Source: Nostoc sp. (GTDB lineage Bacteria > Cyanobacteriota > Cyanobacteriia > Cyanobacteriales > Nostocaceae). Taken from it: DNA of 64,000 nt. Of the stretch, positions 1 to 10,116 are shown one piece after another; positions within the stretch are counted from its first letter, which is position 1, and the number at the start of each line of letters is the position of its first letter. Where the stretch lies: assembly GCA_036918135.1 (NCBI GenBank), contig JBALDB010000067.1:128001-192000 (forward strand), in the 5' to 3' direction. A model generated the notes under the pieces. That model saw only the letters and a program-made list of their open reading frames with translations, searched no databases and had not been told where the DNA came from. A program made the position numbers and the translations under genes.

Positions 1-1
1 T

Positions 2-1396
2 GTGGCTGTGGCTGGGAATAATGCCTGGGTTTCTATACCATTAATAGCAGAGGGTAAAGCCATTGGCGCACTGGGATTTAGCTTTGCTACTGCCCAAGGT
101 TTTAACGAACAAGAGCGGCGATTTATGTTGACATTGGGACAGCAATGTGGTCAAGCCATTGCCCGCGCTCAACTTTACGAAGCAGAAAAGACTGCACGCG
201 CCCAAGCTGAGACTGCTAACCGAATTAAGGATGAATTCCTCGCTGTCCTTTCTCACGAATTGAGAACTCCCCTCAACCCGATTTTAGGCTGGGCAAAGTT
301 ACTCAGAACCCGGAAGTTTGACGAAGCGACTAAAGTCCGTGCTTTAGAAATAATTGAACGCAACGCCAAGTTACAAACCCAACTCATTGAAGACTTGCTG
401 GATGTGTCGCGGATTTTACGAGGTAAGCTGAGTCTAAATCTCCATGCAGTGGATTTGAAACTTACGATCGCTGCCGCCCAAGAAACAGTACTTTTAGCAG
501 CAGAAGCCAAGTCAATTGAAATTGAAACACTTCTTAATAATGATGTCGGCAAAGTTTTAGGCGATGGCGATCGCTTGCAACAAATTATGTGGAATCTACT
601 TTCCAATGCCGTTAAATTTACACCTGCTGGAGGACGAGTAGAAGTACGTTTAGAACAGGTGAAGGAAGAGGACGCAGGCAATTTATCGCAAACTGCCTCC
701 TCTTCTCCTGGCTATGCTCAAATCCAGGTGATTGATACAGGTAAGGGAATCAACCCAGAATTTTTGCCTCACGTTTTTGACTACTTTTGCCAAGCAGATT
801 CCAAGACAACCAGGATATTTGGCGGACTGGGATTAGGATTAGCAATTGTGCATCATTTAGTAGAACTTCACGGTGGTACAGTTGAGGCAGAAAGTCCAGG
901 AGTTGGACAGGGAGCAACCTTTACAGTTAAGCTACCTTTGCTCAAAAGTACAGAGTCACGAGTTTCCAGCCCGGAATCTTCTAACTTAGAACTGAGTACT
1001 GAAGACTCATTACTTTTGGGAGTAAAAATTTTGCTTGTAGACGACCAAGAAGATGTACGTGACTTTTTTAGCTTTGCCTTAGAACAGTATGGAGCGACTG
1101 TAACCGCAGTTGCATCCGCACCTGAAGCATTAAAAGCACTAGCTCAGTCAAAGCCAGATATCCTGTTAAGCGATATCGGAATGCCCTTGATGGATGGTTA
1201 CATGCTACTGCGCCAAGTAAGAAAATTGTCGCCAGAACAAGGCGGACAAATTCCAGCCATCGCTTTGACTGCTTATGCTGGAGAAATTAACCATAATCGA
1301 GCATTAGCAGCCGGATTTCAAAAACATTTATCCAAACCCGTCGAACCATTAGATTTAGCTACTGCGATCGTTAATCTAATTCGTAATAGTATCTAG
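2..1396 (+). CDS. Hybrid sensor histidine kinase/response regulator (GAF-HisKA-HATPase-REC), 5'-partial
   Basis: H-box FLAVLSHELRTPL, N-box NLLSNAVKFT, G-boxes DTGKGI and GGLGLGL, receiver LLVDD...DILLSDIGMP...KP; frame is open at the window edge. Confidence 0.93.
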   Translation: MAVAGNNAWVSIPLIAEGKAIGALGFSFATAQGFNEQERRFMLTLGQQCGQAIARAQLYEAEKTARAQAETANRIKDEFLAVLSHELRTPLNPILGWAKLLRTRKFDEATKVRALEIIERNAKLQTQLIEDLLDVSRILRGKLSLNLHAVDLKLTIAAAQETVLLAAEAKSIEIETLLNNDVGKVLGDGDRLQQIMWNLLSNAVKFTPAGGRVEVRLEQVKEEDAGNLSQTASSSPGYAQIQVIDTGKGINPEFLPHVFDYFCQADSKTTRIFGGLGLGLAIVHHLVELHGGTVEAESPGVGQGATFTVKLPLLKSTESRVSSPESSNLELSTEDSLLLGVKILLVDDQEDVRDFFSFALEQYGATVTAVASAPEALKALAQSKPDILLSDIGMPLMDGYMLLRQVRKLSPEQGGQIPAIALTAYAGEINHNRALAAGFQKHLSKPVEPLDLATAIVNLIRNSI

Positions 1397-1510
1397 CTTC
1401 TCTCGAATAGCTTGACGATAGAATTCTGGAGGGTCGGGTTTAGCTTTTACTTCTTCCTGCATTTTTTTGCTGACACGAATACAGGACTTACGCAAAGGTA
1501 ACGTATTTCC

Positions 1511-1575
1511 GTCATTGCGAGCGAAGCGAAGCAATTCCAGAGACTTTGCGATTGCTTCGCTTCGCTCGCAATGAC
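1511..1575. repeat. Palindromic REP-like element, 25-bp perfect arms and 15-nt loop
   Basis: gtcattgcgagcgaagcgaagcaat (1511-1535) and its exact reverse complement attgcttcgcttcgctcgcaatgac (1551-1575). Confidence 0.9.
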
Positions 1576-1650
1576 ATCTTAGATTTAATCATGTCTATCC
1601 ACTTATCACCAACCGGGAGATAAGGGGGACAAAATTTTAAAAGTTTCAAG

Positions 1651-1874
1651 TTCAAAGGCTCAACTTTCACCTTCAGAGGCTCAACGTTCACCTTCAGAAG
1701 CTCAACGTTCACCTTCAGAAGCTCAACTTTCACCCTCAGAAGCTCAACGTTCACCTTCAGAAGCTCAACTTTCATCTTCAAAAGCTCAACTTTCACCTTC
1801 AGAAGCTCAACTTTCACCTTCAGAAGCTCAACGTTCACCTTCAAAAGCTCAACGTTCACCTTCAGAGGCTCAAG
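1651..1874. repeat. 21-bp tandem repeat, 10 full copies plus one partial
   Basis: Unit ttcagaagctcaac(g/t)ttcacc repeated head-to-tail with few substitutions and no spacers. Confidence 0.95.
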
Positions 1875-1954
1875 TTTCGAGTTGAAAGATTACAGCAGAT
1901 TGCAAGTAAGTGAGGTATAAAATCCAGGACTGATTCATCAGAGATAAAGAGTTT

Positions 1955-2095
1955 CTACCTCCTACTTCCTGCCCCCTGCCCCCTGCCTCCTACCTCCTAC
2001 TTCCTGCCTCCTGCCCCCTACCTCCCTATCTTCCTGCCTCCTGCCCCCTGCCTCCTACCTCCTGCCCCCTGCCCCCCTGCCTCCTACTTCCCCCA
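1955..2095. repeat. Heptamer short tandemly repeated repetitive (STRR-type) array
   Basis: Runs of cctgccc/cctgcct/cctacct/cctactt. Confidence 0.85.
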
Positions 2096-2154
2096 TACCC
2101 AATATCGCGATCTAAGATTATTAAATATCTTCTAATTTACGATCGCCACTAACG

Positions 2155-3147
2155 ATGATTGAAGTCGAGCATCTAAGTAAAATATACGGTTCTACCCCAG
2201 CGATTACTGATGTCACTTTTAGCGTCGAACCAGGGGAAATTTTAGGCTTATTGGGGCCGAATGGTGCTGGTAAAACAACAACCATGCGGATTCTGGCTGG
2301 TTATTTACCGGCAACCGATGGCAATGCGCGGATTGCTGGTTATGATGTCCATGAAAATTCCCTGGCTGTGCGCCAAAGAATTGGTTATTTACCGGAAACA
2401 CCGCCGTTATATCCAGATATGACAGTGGAAGGATTTTTACATTTTGTGGCGCGAATTAAAGGAGTTCCAGCAGGCGATCGCAGTAATAAGGTTATAGCAG
2501 CAATCGAACGTTGTAACTTGCAAGATAAACGTCGGGTAATTATTCGCAAACTTTCTAAAGGATATCGCCAACGGGTAGGAATTGCTCAAGCGATCGTCCA
2601 CGATCCGCCAGCAATTATTCTGGATGAACCCACCGTAGGACTCGATCCCAGGCAAATAATTGAAGTGCGGAATTTAATTAAAAGTCTTGCTGGTACTCAC
2701 ACAATTATTCTCTCTACACACATTCTCCCAGAAGTGAGTATGACTTGTAGCCGCGTTGCGATCATTAATCGCGGTAAAGTTGTCGCAACTAATACACCAG
2801 AAAATTTGATGACCCAATTGACAGGTGGCTCTGGATATGAAATTGAAATAGAAGGAGAAGCCGCCCTCGCCAAACAGGTATTACAAAACGTGGCGGGTGT
2901 GAGTTTGGTAGAATCAATCCCGACAGTGGGAATACACACTCATCAACCCCAGACAAATCGGGCTTACCTGCGGGTGATATCGCAACCAGGGAAAGAACCA
3001 GGAAAAGATATTGCCATAACATTAGTGCGTGCAGGTTTTGGTTTACATGAATTGCGGCGAGTTAACGCTACCTTAGAAGATGTATTCTTGCAACTGACCA
3101 CAGAAGAAAAGAATTTAGAAGCAGCCGCACAAGGAGAAGCCGCATAA
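2155..3147 (+). CDS. ABC transporter ATP-binding protein (GldA-like)
   Basis: Walker A GPNGAGKT, signature LSKGYRQR, Walker B IILDEP. Confidence 0.93.
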   Translation: MIEVEHLSKIYGSTPAITDVTFSVEPGEILGLLGPNGAGKTTTMRILAGYLPATDGNARIAGYDVHENSLAVRQRIGYLPETPPLYPDMTVEGFLHFVARIKGVPAGDRSNKVIAAIERCNLQDKRRVIIRKLSKGYRQRVGIAQAIVHDPPAIILDEPTVGLDPRQIIEVRNLIKSLAGTHTIILSTHILPEVSMTCSRVAIINRGKVVATNTPENLMTQLTGGSGYEIEIEGEAALAKQVLQNVAGVSLVESIPTVGIHTHQPQTNRAYLRVISQPGKEPGKDIAITLVRAGFGLHELRRVNATLEDVFLQLTTEEKNLEAAAQGEAA

Positions 3148-3960
3148 ATGGGTGTAGTACTGGGTAATATTATTGCCATTTATCGCCGAGAGTTACAGAG
3201 TTATTTTGTATCACCTTTGGCTTATGCGATCGCGAGTGTATTTTGGTTCATTGCCGGATTATTTTTCATCATGATTTTGGTGGGGCCAGATGGCATATTG
3301 CCAGCAGTCGCAGCCTTAGATTTACAAGGACAACAACTGGGAGTGCCAATTCCGCCAATAGATGTGCCCTACGAATTTATTCGCGCATTTTTGGATCGCA
3401 TGGGGTGGCTATTATTGTTTATCTTGCCAATTTTGTCGATGGGACTTTATGCTGAAGAACGCAAGCGGGGCACTTTAGAACTATTAGCCACGTCACCAAT
3501 CACCAACTGGGCGGTAGCTGTAGGTAAATTATTAGGCGTGCTAACATTTTTTACCACAATGGTCATACCCATGCTAGTGTTTGAAGCGATCGCCATCAGC
3601 GGTTCAAATCCCCCAATGACACCGACAATTCTCTTACTCGGTCATTTGGGATTAATCTTACTAGCAGCGGCAATTTTATCTTTAGGAATGTTTATTTCTT
3701 CATTAACAGACAGCACAATTCTGTCTGCCGTTCTTACCTTCGGAGTCATCTTATTATTATTGTTGATTGACTTAATTGCCAAAATTGTCCCAAATCCTCT
3801 GGGCGAAGCCATAGGTTACCTATCGTTACTGAAACATTACAACACCCTTATTCAAGGCATTTACGATACCAGCGCCTTGATTTTATTTGCCAGTTATATT
3901 TTTTTGGGCATCTTTCTCACAGCTCAATCAATAGATGCACTGCGTTTTCAGCGTAATTAG
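3148..3960 (+). CDS. ABC-2 type permease (GldF-like)
   Basis: RELQSYFVSPLAY and AEERKRGTLELL motifs, about 6 hydrophobic segments; ATG abuts the upstream stop. Confidence 0.88.
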   Translation: MGVVLGNIIAIYRRELQSYFVSPLAYAIASVFWFIAGLFFIMILVGPDGILPAVAALDLQGQQLGVPIPPIDVPYEFIRAFLDRMGWLLLFILPILSMGLYAEERKRGTLELLATSPITNWAVAVGKLLGVLTFFTTMVIPMLVFEAIAISGSNPPMTPTILLLGHLGLILLAAAILSLGMFISSLTDSTILSAVLTFGVILLLLLIDLIAKIVPNPLGEAIGYLSLLKHYNTLIQGIYDTSALILFASYIFLGIFLTAQSIDALRFQRN

Positions 3961-3965
3961 TCATT

Positions 3966-5714
3966 ATGAAGATAGTCACAAAGAAGAAACTGTGGAAATA
4001 TCTGTTTTGGCTAGGCCCGTTCCTAGTTACAGTCGGGTTAACAGTTGGGTTAGTTTCTGAACAATGGGGACTAATTTCATTAATATTCTTAATTACGGGA
4101 ATTGTCATTATTGGGTTGTGGATAATATGGCAAAGCTATCAAACCAAGTGGTGGAAGCGTCGGTCTACCCAAGCTGGGACTAATGCCTTAGTAGCAACTG
4201 TGGCAGTATTAATAATTTTGGGATTGATTAACTTTTTAGGGACTCGCTATCACTTCCGGACAGATTTTACAGAAACTCAATTGTTTACGCTTGCGCCTCA
4301 GTCACGCGAATTGGTGAAAGTTCTACCACAGCCAGTTAAAGTCTGGGTGTTTGATATTAACCAAAATCCCCAAGACCAAGAATTATTAGAAAATTATCGC
4401 CGACAAAGCTCAAAATTTAATTTTGAATATATAAATCCTCAGCTTAGACCAGGACTGGCAGAAAAATTTGGTGTCAAAGATTATGGCGAAGTCTACTTAG
4501 AATCTGGCAACAAAAGGCAATTAGTCCAAACAATAAATCAGAACGAACGGCTTTCAGAGGTCAAATTAACTAGTCGCCTGCAACAACTAGCAAGTTCAAA
4601 CACAACCAAAGTTTACTTACTCCAAGGTCATGGCGAACACCAACTTTCACCCGGTCAAGGTGCAATATCGCAAGCAATTCAAGGATTAAACGATAAAAAT
4701 TACACAACATCACCGCTGAATTTAGCAGAAAACCCGAAAGTTCCTCAAGATGCCGCTGTTGTCATAGTAGCTGGCCCTAAGCGAGAGTTGTTTGAAGCCG
4801 AAGTTAAAGCCTTGGAAGAATATTTGAATCGAGGTGGTAACTTACTGCTGATGATCGATCCTAATACTAATTCCAAACTTGACAGCTTGCTAAAAGAGTG
4901 GGGTATTCGTCTGGATAATCGTTTAGCAGTAGATGTTTCAGCCCAAAGCGTCGTAGGACTCGGCCCCGCCACGCCCTTAGTAACAGAATACGGACAACAT
5001 CCGATAACCCAAGATTTCCGCAACGATATTTCTTTTTATCCCATCGCCCGACCTCTGGAAATTACCTCTGTACCAGGTATCCAAGCCACCCCTCTACTGC
5101 AAACCAAACCCTATCCCAGTAGTTGGGCAGAAAGTGACCTAGAAAGCGAAAAATTAGAATTTAATCCAGATAAAGACCTCAAAGGGCCTCTGGTCTTAGG
5201 CGTTGCTTTAACAAGAAAACAAATACCCGAATCAACACCCACTCCCCAAGCTTCACCCACACCTTCCCCCTTAGCGTCACCAACTAGCCAAAGCAAAACT
5301 TCCCCCACTCCCACACCTTCCCCGTTAGCATCACCAACTAGCCAAAGCAAAACTTCCCCCACTCCCACACCCTCTCCCCTAGCATCACCAACCACCCAAA
5401 GCAAAACTTCCCCCACTCCCCCCCCTCCTTCATCTCAAACACCTACTGAATCACGCTTAGTCGTTTTCGGAAATTCTAACTTTGCCACTGATGGCTTGTT
5501 TCAAAGGCAACTAAATGGCGATGTATTTCTCAACTCAGTCACCTGGCTGAATCAACAAGATAAGCAACCCCTTTCTATTCGCCCCAAAGAACCAAAAAAT
5601 CGCCGGATAACCCTGACAACCACCCAAGCCAATCTTTTAACTGTGTCATCTGTGTTAGTTTTACCCCTGATTGGATTTGCTATAGCACTTATTCTTTGGT
5701 GGAAACGAAGATAA
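3966..5714 (+). CDS. GldG-like ABC auxiliary component
   Basis: N-terminal TM helices, YLLQGHGE motif, RLVVFGNSNF...NGDVFLNSVTWL, C-terminal TM ending WWKRR. Confidence 0.85.
   Translation: MKIVTKKKLWKYLFWLGPFLVTVGLTVGLVSEQWGLISLIFLITGIVIIGLWIIWQSYQTKWWKRRSTQAGTNALVATVAVLIILGLINFLGTRYHFRTDFTETQLFTLAPQSRELVKVLPQPVKVWVFDINQNPQDQELLENYRRQSSKFNFEYINPQLRPGLAEKFGVKDYGEVYLESGNKRQLVQTINQNERLSEVKLTSRLQQLASSNTTKVYLLQGHGEHQLSPGQGAISQAIQGLNDKNYTTSPLNLAENPKVPQDAAVVIVAGPKRELFEAEVKALEEYLNRGGNLLLMIDPNTNSKLDSLLKEWGIRLDNRLAVDVSAQSVVGLGPATPLVTEYGQHPITQDFRNDISFYPIARPLEITSVPGIQATPLLQTKPYPSSWAESDLESEKLEFNPDKDLKGPLVLGVALTRKQIPESTPTPQASPTPSPLASPTSQSKTSPTPTPSPLASPTSQSKTSPTPTPSPLASPTTQSKTSPTPPPPSSQTPTESRLVVFGNSNFATDGLFQRQLNGDVFLNSVTWLNQQDKQPLSIRPKEPKNRRITLTTTQANLLTVSSVLVLPLIGFAIALILWWKRR
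5265..5426 (+). repeat. Intragenic 54-bp tandem repeat x3 (SPLASPTSQSKTSPTPTP)
   Basis: Three near-identical 18-aa Pro/Ser/Thr units in the GldG-like ORF. Confidence 0.85.
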
Positions 5715-5818
5715 AAAGGGGGTGGGTACTGGGGATTGGTATTGGAAACTGAGCATTCATAAAACTTTTCCCCAGTCCCTAGTCTCCAGTTCTTACTTCT
5801 AATAACAAATGACAAAAA

Positions 5819-6445
5819 ATGAAATTTCCACGAACAACTTTAATTTTGATACTGCTAGCATTGGGTTTAGGCAGTTTTGTATACTTCCATGAAATTAAGG
5901 GTGCTACTCAACAAGAAGAAATTAGAAAGCAAAAACAGCAAATTTTCTCTTTTGCCGAAGATGATGTGCAGGTTTTAACAGTAAAGACAAAAAAACTCAC
6001 CTTAAATCTGGAACGGAACAATCAATATAGTGACTCAAAATGGTTAATTAAATCTCCAATATCGGAACCAGCAAATGACGCTATTGTTTCTTATTTGATG
6101 GATTTGTTAGTCAAGGGTAAGAGCGAGCGTACTTTGTCAACTCCTGCAAATCAGCTTAGAGAATTTGCTTTAGATCAACCGCAAGCAACTATTAATATTA
6201 CCTTGAAAAACAAACAAAACCATCAGTTGATTTTAGGTAAAAAGAACTTTAACGGTAGTTTATTGTACGCTGAAGTTGACCCAGTTAGCAAACCAGATGG
6301 AAACATCAATGTGCTATTGGTATCAACAGATTTTGAAAATGCCGTGAATCGCGAATTATCAGAGTGGAAACAACCCGTAGATAATATTAAATCAACACCT
6401 TTACCAAGTACTCTTCCTCTACCAACTCCAACTAATACTAAATAA
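5819..6445 (+). CDS. DUF4340-like membrane-anchored protein
   Basis: N-terminal TM, WLIKSP and EFALDQP motifs, typical position after GldG-like genes. Confidence 0.7.
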   Translation: MKFPRTTLILILLALGLGSFVYFHEIKGATQQEEIRKQKQQIFSFAEDDVQVLTVKTKKLTLNLERNNQYSDSKWLIKSPISEPANDAIVSYLMDLLVKGKSERTLSTPANQLREFALDQPQATINITLKNKQNHQLILGKKNFNGSLLYAEVDPVSKPDGNINVLLVSTDFENAVNRELSEWKQPVDNIKSTPLPSTLPLPTPTNTK

Positions 6446-6471
6446 GCAATTAAAAAATACGATAATATTTC

Positions 6472-7326
6472 ATGACAAATAAAACAGCAATATTGCTAAT
6501 TTCCTGCCCTGACCAACGCGGACTAGTGGCAAAATTTGCCAATTTCATCTATTCTAATGGTGGTAATATTATTCATGCAAATCAGCATACAGATTTTGCG
6601 GCTGGATTATTCCTTACCCGCATTGAATGGCAGTTAGAAGGGTTCAATTTGCCGCGAGAGTTTATTGCACCTGCATTTAATGCGATCGCTCAACCTTTAG
6701 ACGCTAAATGGAAACTCCATTTTTCTGATAGTGTACCCCGTATTGCTATTTGGGTCAGTCGCCAAGACCATTGTTTATTTGACTTGATTTGGCGACAACG
6801 TGCCAAAGAATTTATTGCTGAAATTCCTTTAATTATTAGTAATCATTCTAGTTTAAAAGTCGTAGCAGAGCAATTTGGTATCGACTACAAGTATATTCCT
6901 ATTACAAAAGAAAACAAACTAGAACAAGAAACCCAACAATTAGAATTACTGCGGCAATACAAAATCGATTTAGTTGTACTGGCGAAATATATGCAGATTG
7001 TCAGTGCAGATTTTATTAATCAATTTTCGCAAGTTATTAATATTCATCATTCATTTTTACCAGCTTTTGTCGGAGCAAACCCTTATCACCGAGCTTTTGA
7101 ACGTGGTGTGAAAATTATTGGTGCAACTGCTCATTATGCCACTCCTGATTTAGATGCAGGGCCAATTATCGAACAGGATGTAGTGCGAGTTAGTCACCGT
7201 GATGAAGTTGATGATTTGGTAAGAAAAGGCAAAGATTTAGAGCGAGTTGTATTAGCAAGAGCAGTGCGATCGCACTTACAAAATCGTATCTTAGTCTATG
7301 GAAATAGAACAGTAGTATTTGAATAA
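6472..7326 (+). CDS. purU: Formyltetrahydrofolate deformylase
   Basis: ACT domain start SCPDQRGLVA, INIHHSFLPAFVGANPY, GATAHY, LDAGPIIEQ. Confidence 0.96.
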   Translation: MTNKTAILLISCPDQRGLVAKFANFIYSNGGNIIHANQHTDFAAGLFLTRIEWQLEGFNLPREFIAPAFNAIAQPLDAKWKLHFSDSVPRIAIWVSRQDHCLFDLIWRQRAKEFIAEIPLIISNHSSLKVVAEQFGIDYKYIPITKENKLEQETQQLELLRQYKIDLVVLAKYMQIVSADFINQFSQVINIHHSFLPAFVGANPYHRAFERGVKIIGATAHYATPDLDAGPIIEQDVVRVSHRDEVDDLVRKGKDLERVVLARAVRSHLQNRILVYGNRTVVFE

Positions 7327-7369
7327 TTTTTTCTAAATCCCATACAATACTACCTATTCCAATTTACTA

Positions 7370-7693
7370 TCACTTGAGTGGGTCGTGTCCCCAATTTTTT
7401 AAAGAGTAATACCAGCGTGTATGTTCTAAATCACCTGAGGGCTGCTGTGCGCTATGACAGTGGACATAACTAATAACTTTCTTCATCTGCGAGAGGTCAT
7501 CGTCGCTATAGTCATCTTTCTCTAACAATTCGATAATATGCCGCCCCGATTTATGACCAATCGACTCGTCGTCACCATCCTTTTGCCCAACACTTTGTGA
7601 CTCGTCTGTATCTAGCCAAGCCTCTAGTTCCTTGGGTGTCATATTAACAGCTTGACGAAACTCCTTAATGACTGATTTATTATCTTTACTCAT
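7370..7693 (-). CDS. DUF3140-family protein
   Basis: VNMTPKELEAWL, ESIGHKSGR, YSLKNWGHDP. Confidence 0.8.
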   Translation of the reverse strand: MSKDNKSVIKEFRQAVNMTPKELEAWLDTDESQSVGQKDGDDESIGHKSGRHIIELLEKDDYSDDDLSQMKKVISYVHCHSAQQPSGDLEHTRWYYSLKNWGHDPLK

Positions 7694-7702
7694 AGCTAAG
7701 CA

Positions 7703-7924
7703 TTACTTCTCTAGCTTTTCAAGAGCATCAGGCTTGTGAGCAGCTTGTTTTCCTGTGCGATCGCTTTCCAGTATGTACTGGGGGTTATCTTCGCTGGCAG
7801 CAACATGGTGTTCTTTAATATCTGTAGGTGAGGTGATTTTCTTTACTACTTCACCAGTTGTCTTGCCTTGTGAAGTTTTCCATTCAACGCGATCGCCCTT
7901 CTTAAATTGCTCAGCCATAATCAT
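7703..7924 (-). CDS. DUF2945 / Hva1 TUDOR-like small protein
   Basis: FKKGDRVEW...G.V...ASEDNPQY..ESDRTGKQAAHKPDAL; commonly paired with DUF3140. Confidence 0.75.
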   Translation of the reverse strand: MIMAEQFKKGDRVEWKTSQGKTTGEVVKKITSPTDIKEHHVAASEDNPQYILESDRTGKQAAHKPDALEKLEK

Positions 7925-8175
7925 TTTTTGATGTTTTATACTTACTCACATCACATTGTGTCTGTGATTTGCAAAGTAGCCATCATTCTAGTGATAGATA
8001 AAACATCTGTCATTAAACTATATTTTTTGATTAGTAAACAGATAAAAAATTATAAAAAAATATCTGCAAAAAATTTCAAAGCATTTGGATGAATATTTTT
8101 GCAGATATTTAATAAATTGGAATGGTATTTAGTTAAATGCGCTCAATAATTCGTTGTGACATCATTCAATATTCG

Positions 8176-9378
8176 TTAGGATTGCTGATGTTGAACTAAC
8201 CAGCAATGTATACCGATCATCACAATCGCGGGTGGCAGCATCAACATGGGGATGATATCCAACCCTGCCCAGTTCGCCAACCAGCCCACTCCCGTCGGCA
8301 CGATCGCTGCTCCAAAACTGGCGCTACTGGTGGCAAAACCCACTGCCGCGGGCACGAGCGGTTCTGGTACTCGTTGGGGAATCAGCCAAATGGTGGCGGG
8401 GAAGATAGCCGCTAAAGCAAAGCCAATCAATGGTAAGCCGATCCAGGGATTGGGTAAGAGCCACCAGGCAACTAAACCAATCGTCAGTAAACTCAAGGAT
8501 AAGCTGATGGTGCGAACGGCACCCAGCCGTTTTAACCAGTAACTCAGACTGAAGCGTCCAATCGTCAGCCCCATCCAATACGCACTTACGCTATATCCTG
8601 CAATCAATTTAGGTGTTTGTCGCGCAACAGACTGTACTGTATATGCCCAGTTACCAACCGAGACTTCAGTGCCCACATACACCAGCAAGAGCAACCCAGT
8701 TAACAGCACAGTAGGATAATGAAGCGCTCGCTGCAAATTTCCAACCGCAGTTGTATCAGATGTCGTTACCCTTGCCATCATCGGCTGATAGCGATAGAGA
8801 ATGACGCTGATAAGACCTATTACTAATACACTGACTACACTGGCCAACACCAGATACACTTGCCGCCAATTTATACCAATAGCTAACAGCGTCGTTGCCA
8901 CCGTCGGCCCCAAAAGTGCGCCTATGCCATAGAAGGCGTGAAGCGAACCGATTAGGTTTGCACTGCGCGAGTCCTGCACAATGTAGGTGTTGATGCCTGC
9001 ATCAATTAAACCAATCCCCAGCCCTAGTAAGGTTCCTGCAACGACCATGACCGACCAGTAGGGGGATAGGGCATAAATGAGCAGTGCGGTTGTCAGGGCA
9101 CTGCCAGCAATCAAAAGCATTCGTGCCAGCCCTAAACGGCTAGTGACCAGACTACTGCTGAAGGCAGCAACAATGTATCCACTAATTTGACTGACAAACA
9201 GCAACGTGACAGTTGCTGGAGTCAGTTGGTAAGTAGAGAGGATGGACGGTAACAGCACCCCCAGCCCAGCTTCGGCAATGCCAATGGCGATGAAAGCATA
9301 GAAGGCGATCGCTACTCCAATCCAACGGGATGTCAAGTGACGCCGCCGCTGCGATCGTTCGTGTTGATAACGTTTCAT
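8176..9378 (-). CDS. MFS transporter
   Basis: About 12 hydrophobic segments, GLGIGLIDAGIN and LHAFYGIGALLGP motifs. Confidence 0.88.
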   Translation of the reverse strand: MKRYQHERSQRRRHLTSRWIGVAIAFYAFIAIGIAEAGLGVLLPSILSTYQLTPATVTLLFVSQISGYIVAAFSSSLVTSRLGLARMLLIAGSALTTALLIYALSPYWSVMVVAGTLLGLGIGLIDAGINTYIVQDSRSANLIGSLHAFYGIGALLGPTVATTLLAIGINWRQVYLVLASVVSVLVIGLISVILYRYQPMMARVTTSDTTAVGNLQRALHYPTVLLTGLLLLVYVGTEVSVGNWAYTVQSVARQTPKLIAGYSVSAYWMGLTIGRFSLSYWLKRLGAVRTISLSLSLLTIGLVAWWLLPNPWIGLPLIGFALAAIFPATIWLIPQRVPEPLVPAAVGFATSSASFGAAIVPTGVGWLANWAGLDIIPMLMLPPAIVMIGIHCWLVQHQQS

Positions 9379-9381
9379 GGA

Positions 9382-9680
9382 CAGGGCTTAGGCAACTGGT
9401 ACATCTATCTTTCATTATGAAGGTTAACATTCAACAGTCAAAGGTCAAAAATTGGACTTTAGACTTTTGACTTGTTTCAACCTCTGCCAAAAAATATAAC
9501 ACTTGCATAAGTCTTATGATTGCTGGCTCCTACAAGTAGGACAGCGATAGCTTGTAAATTACGCATACATCATTGATTCTTGTGACTAATTTGAGCTAAC
9601 CCAATTAAACATATTTTCGCTAATTAAATACTTGTGTCCTACTGGCTAGCGATCGCACTGTGCCAGTTGCCTAAGTCCCG
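9382..9680. mobile_element. MITE-like non-autonomous element with 22-bp terminal inverted repeats
   Basis: cagggcttaggcaactggtaca (9382-9403) versus the reverse complement of 9659-9680, cgggacttaggcaactggcaca, 19/22 identical; no transposase and no obvious target-site duplication. Confidence 0.65.
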
Positions 9681-10116
9681 ATCTAGTCAGCATTGCTGAT
9701 AATAGTAAAAACTCCTGATATTCAATTCCATCTATACTTAGTTTTTCTTGTCTATAAATAGTATGAAAAAACTTTTTTTAACAACATAAAACTATACTAT
9801 TATTTTATATTTTAACAATATAATTTACACTAAAAATTAAGCTAATTGATAACTTTATTTTACTAGGTCTATCGTAAGGTATTTTTTATATGCTGTTTTA
9901 AAATAAAGGTCAATTTTCAATATATACATATAGTTATAATATCTGAAATCAGAAATTATTTTACCATAAAATATTTTAAAAATATCTAAAAAAGCAAATT
10001 TTTAAAGATAAGTAAAAAATTGTATTTACTAGCATTATATTTTGTATTTTTGCTGTTACATTCATTAATTTAGTATTTTGATAATTTATAATAATTTTAA
10101 AATTATTAATTGTATT

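Noticed and set aside
1512..1859. 115-aa minus-strand ORF as a real gene
   Set aside because: It is made of the 21-bp array and the palindrome, so an open frame is expected from a stop-free repeat whose length is a multiple of 3
1651..1874. Possible CRISPR array
   Set aside because: Units are contiguous with no unique spacers, and no cas genes are present; it is a minisatellite
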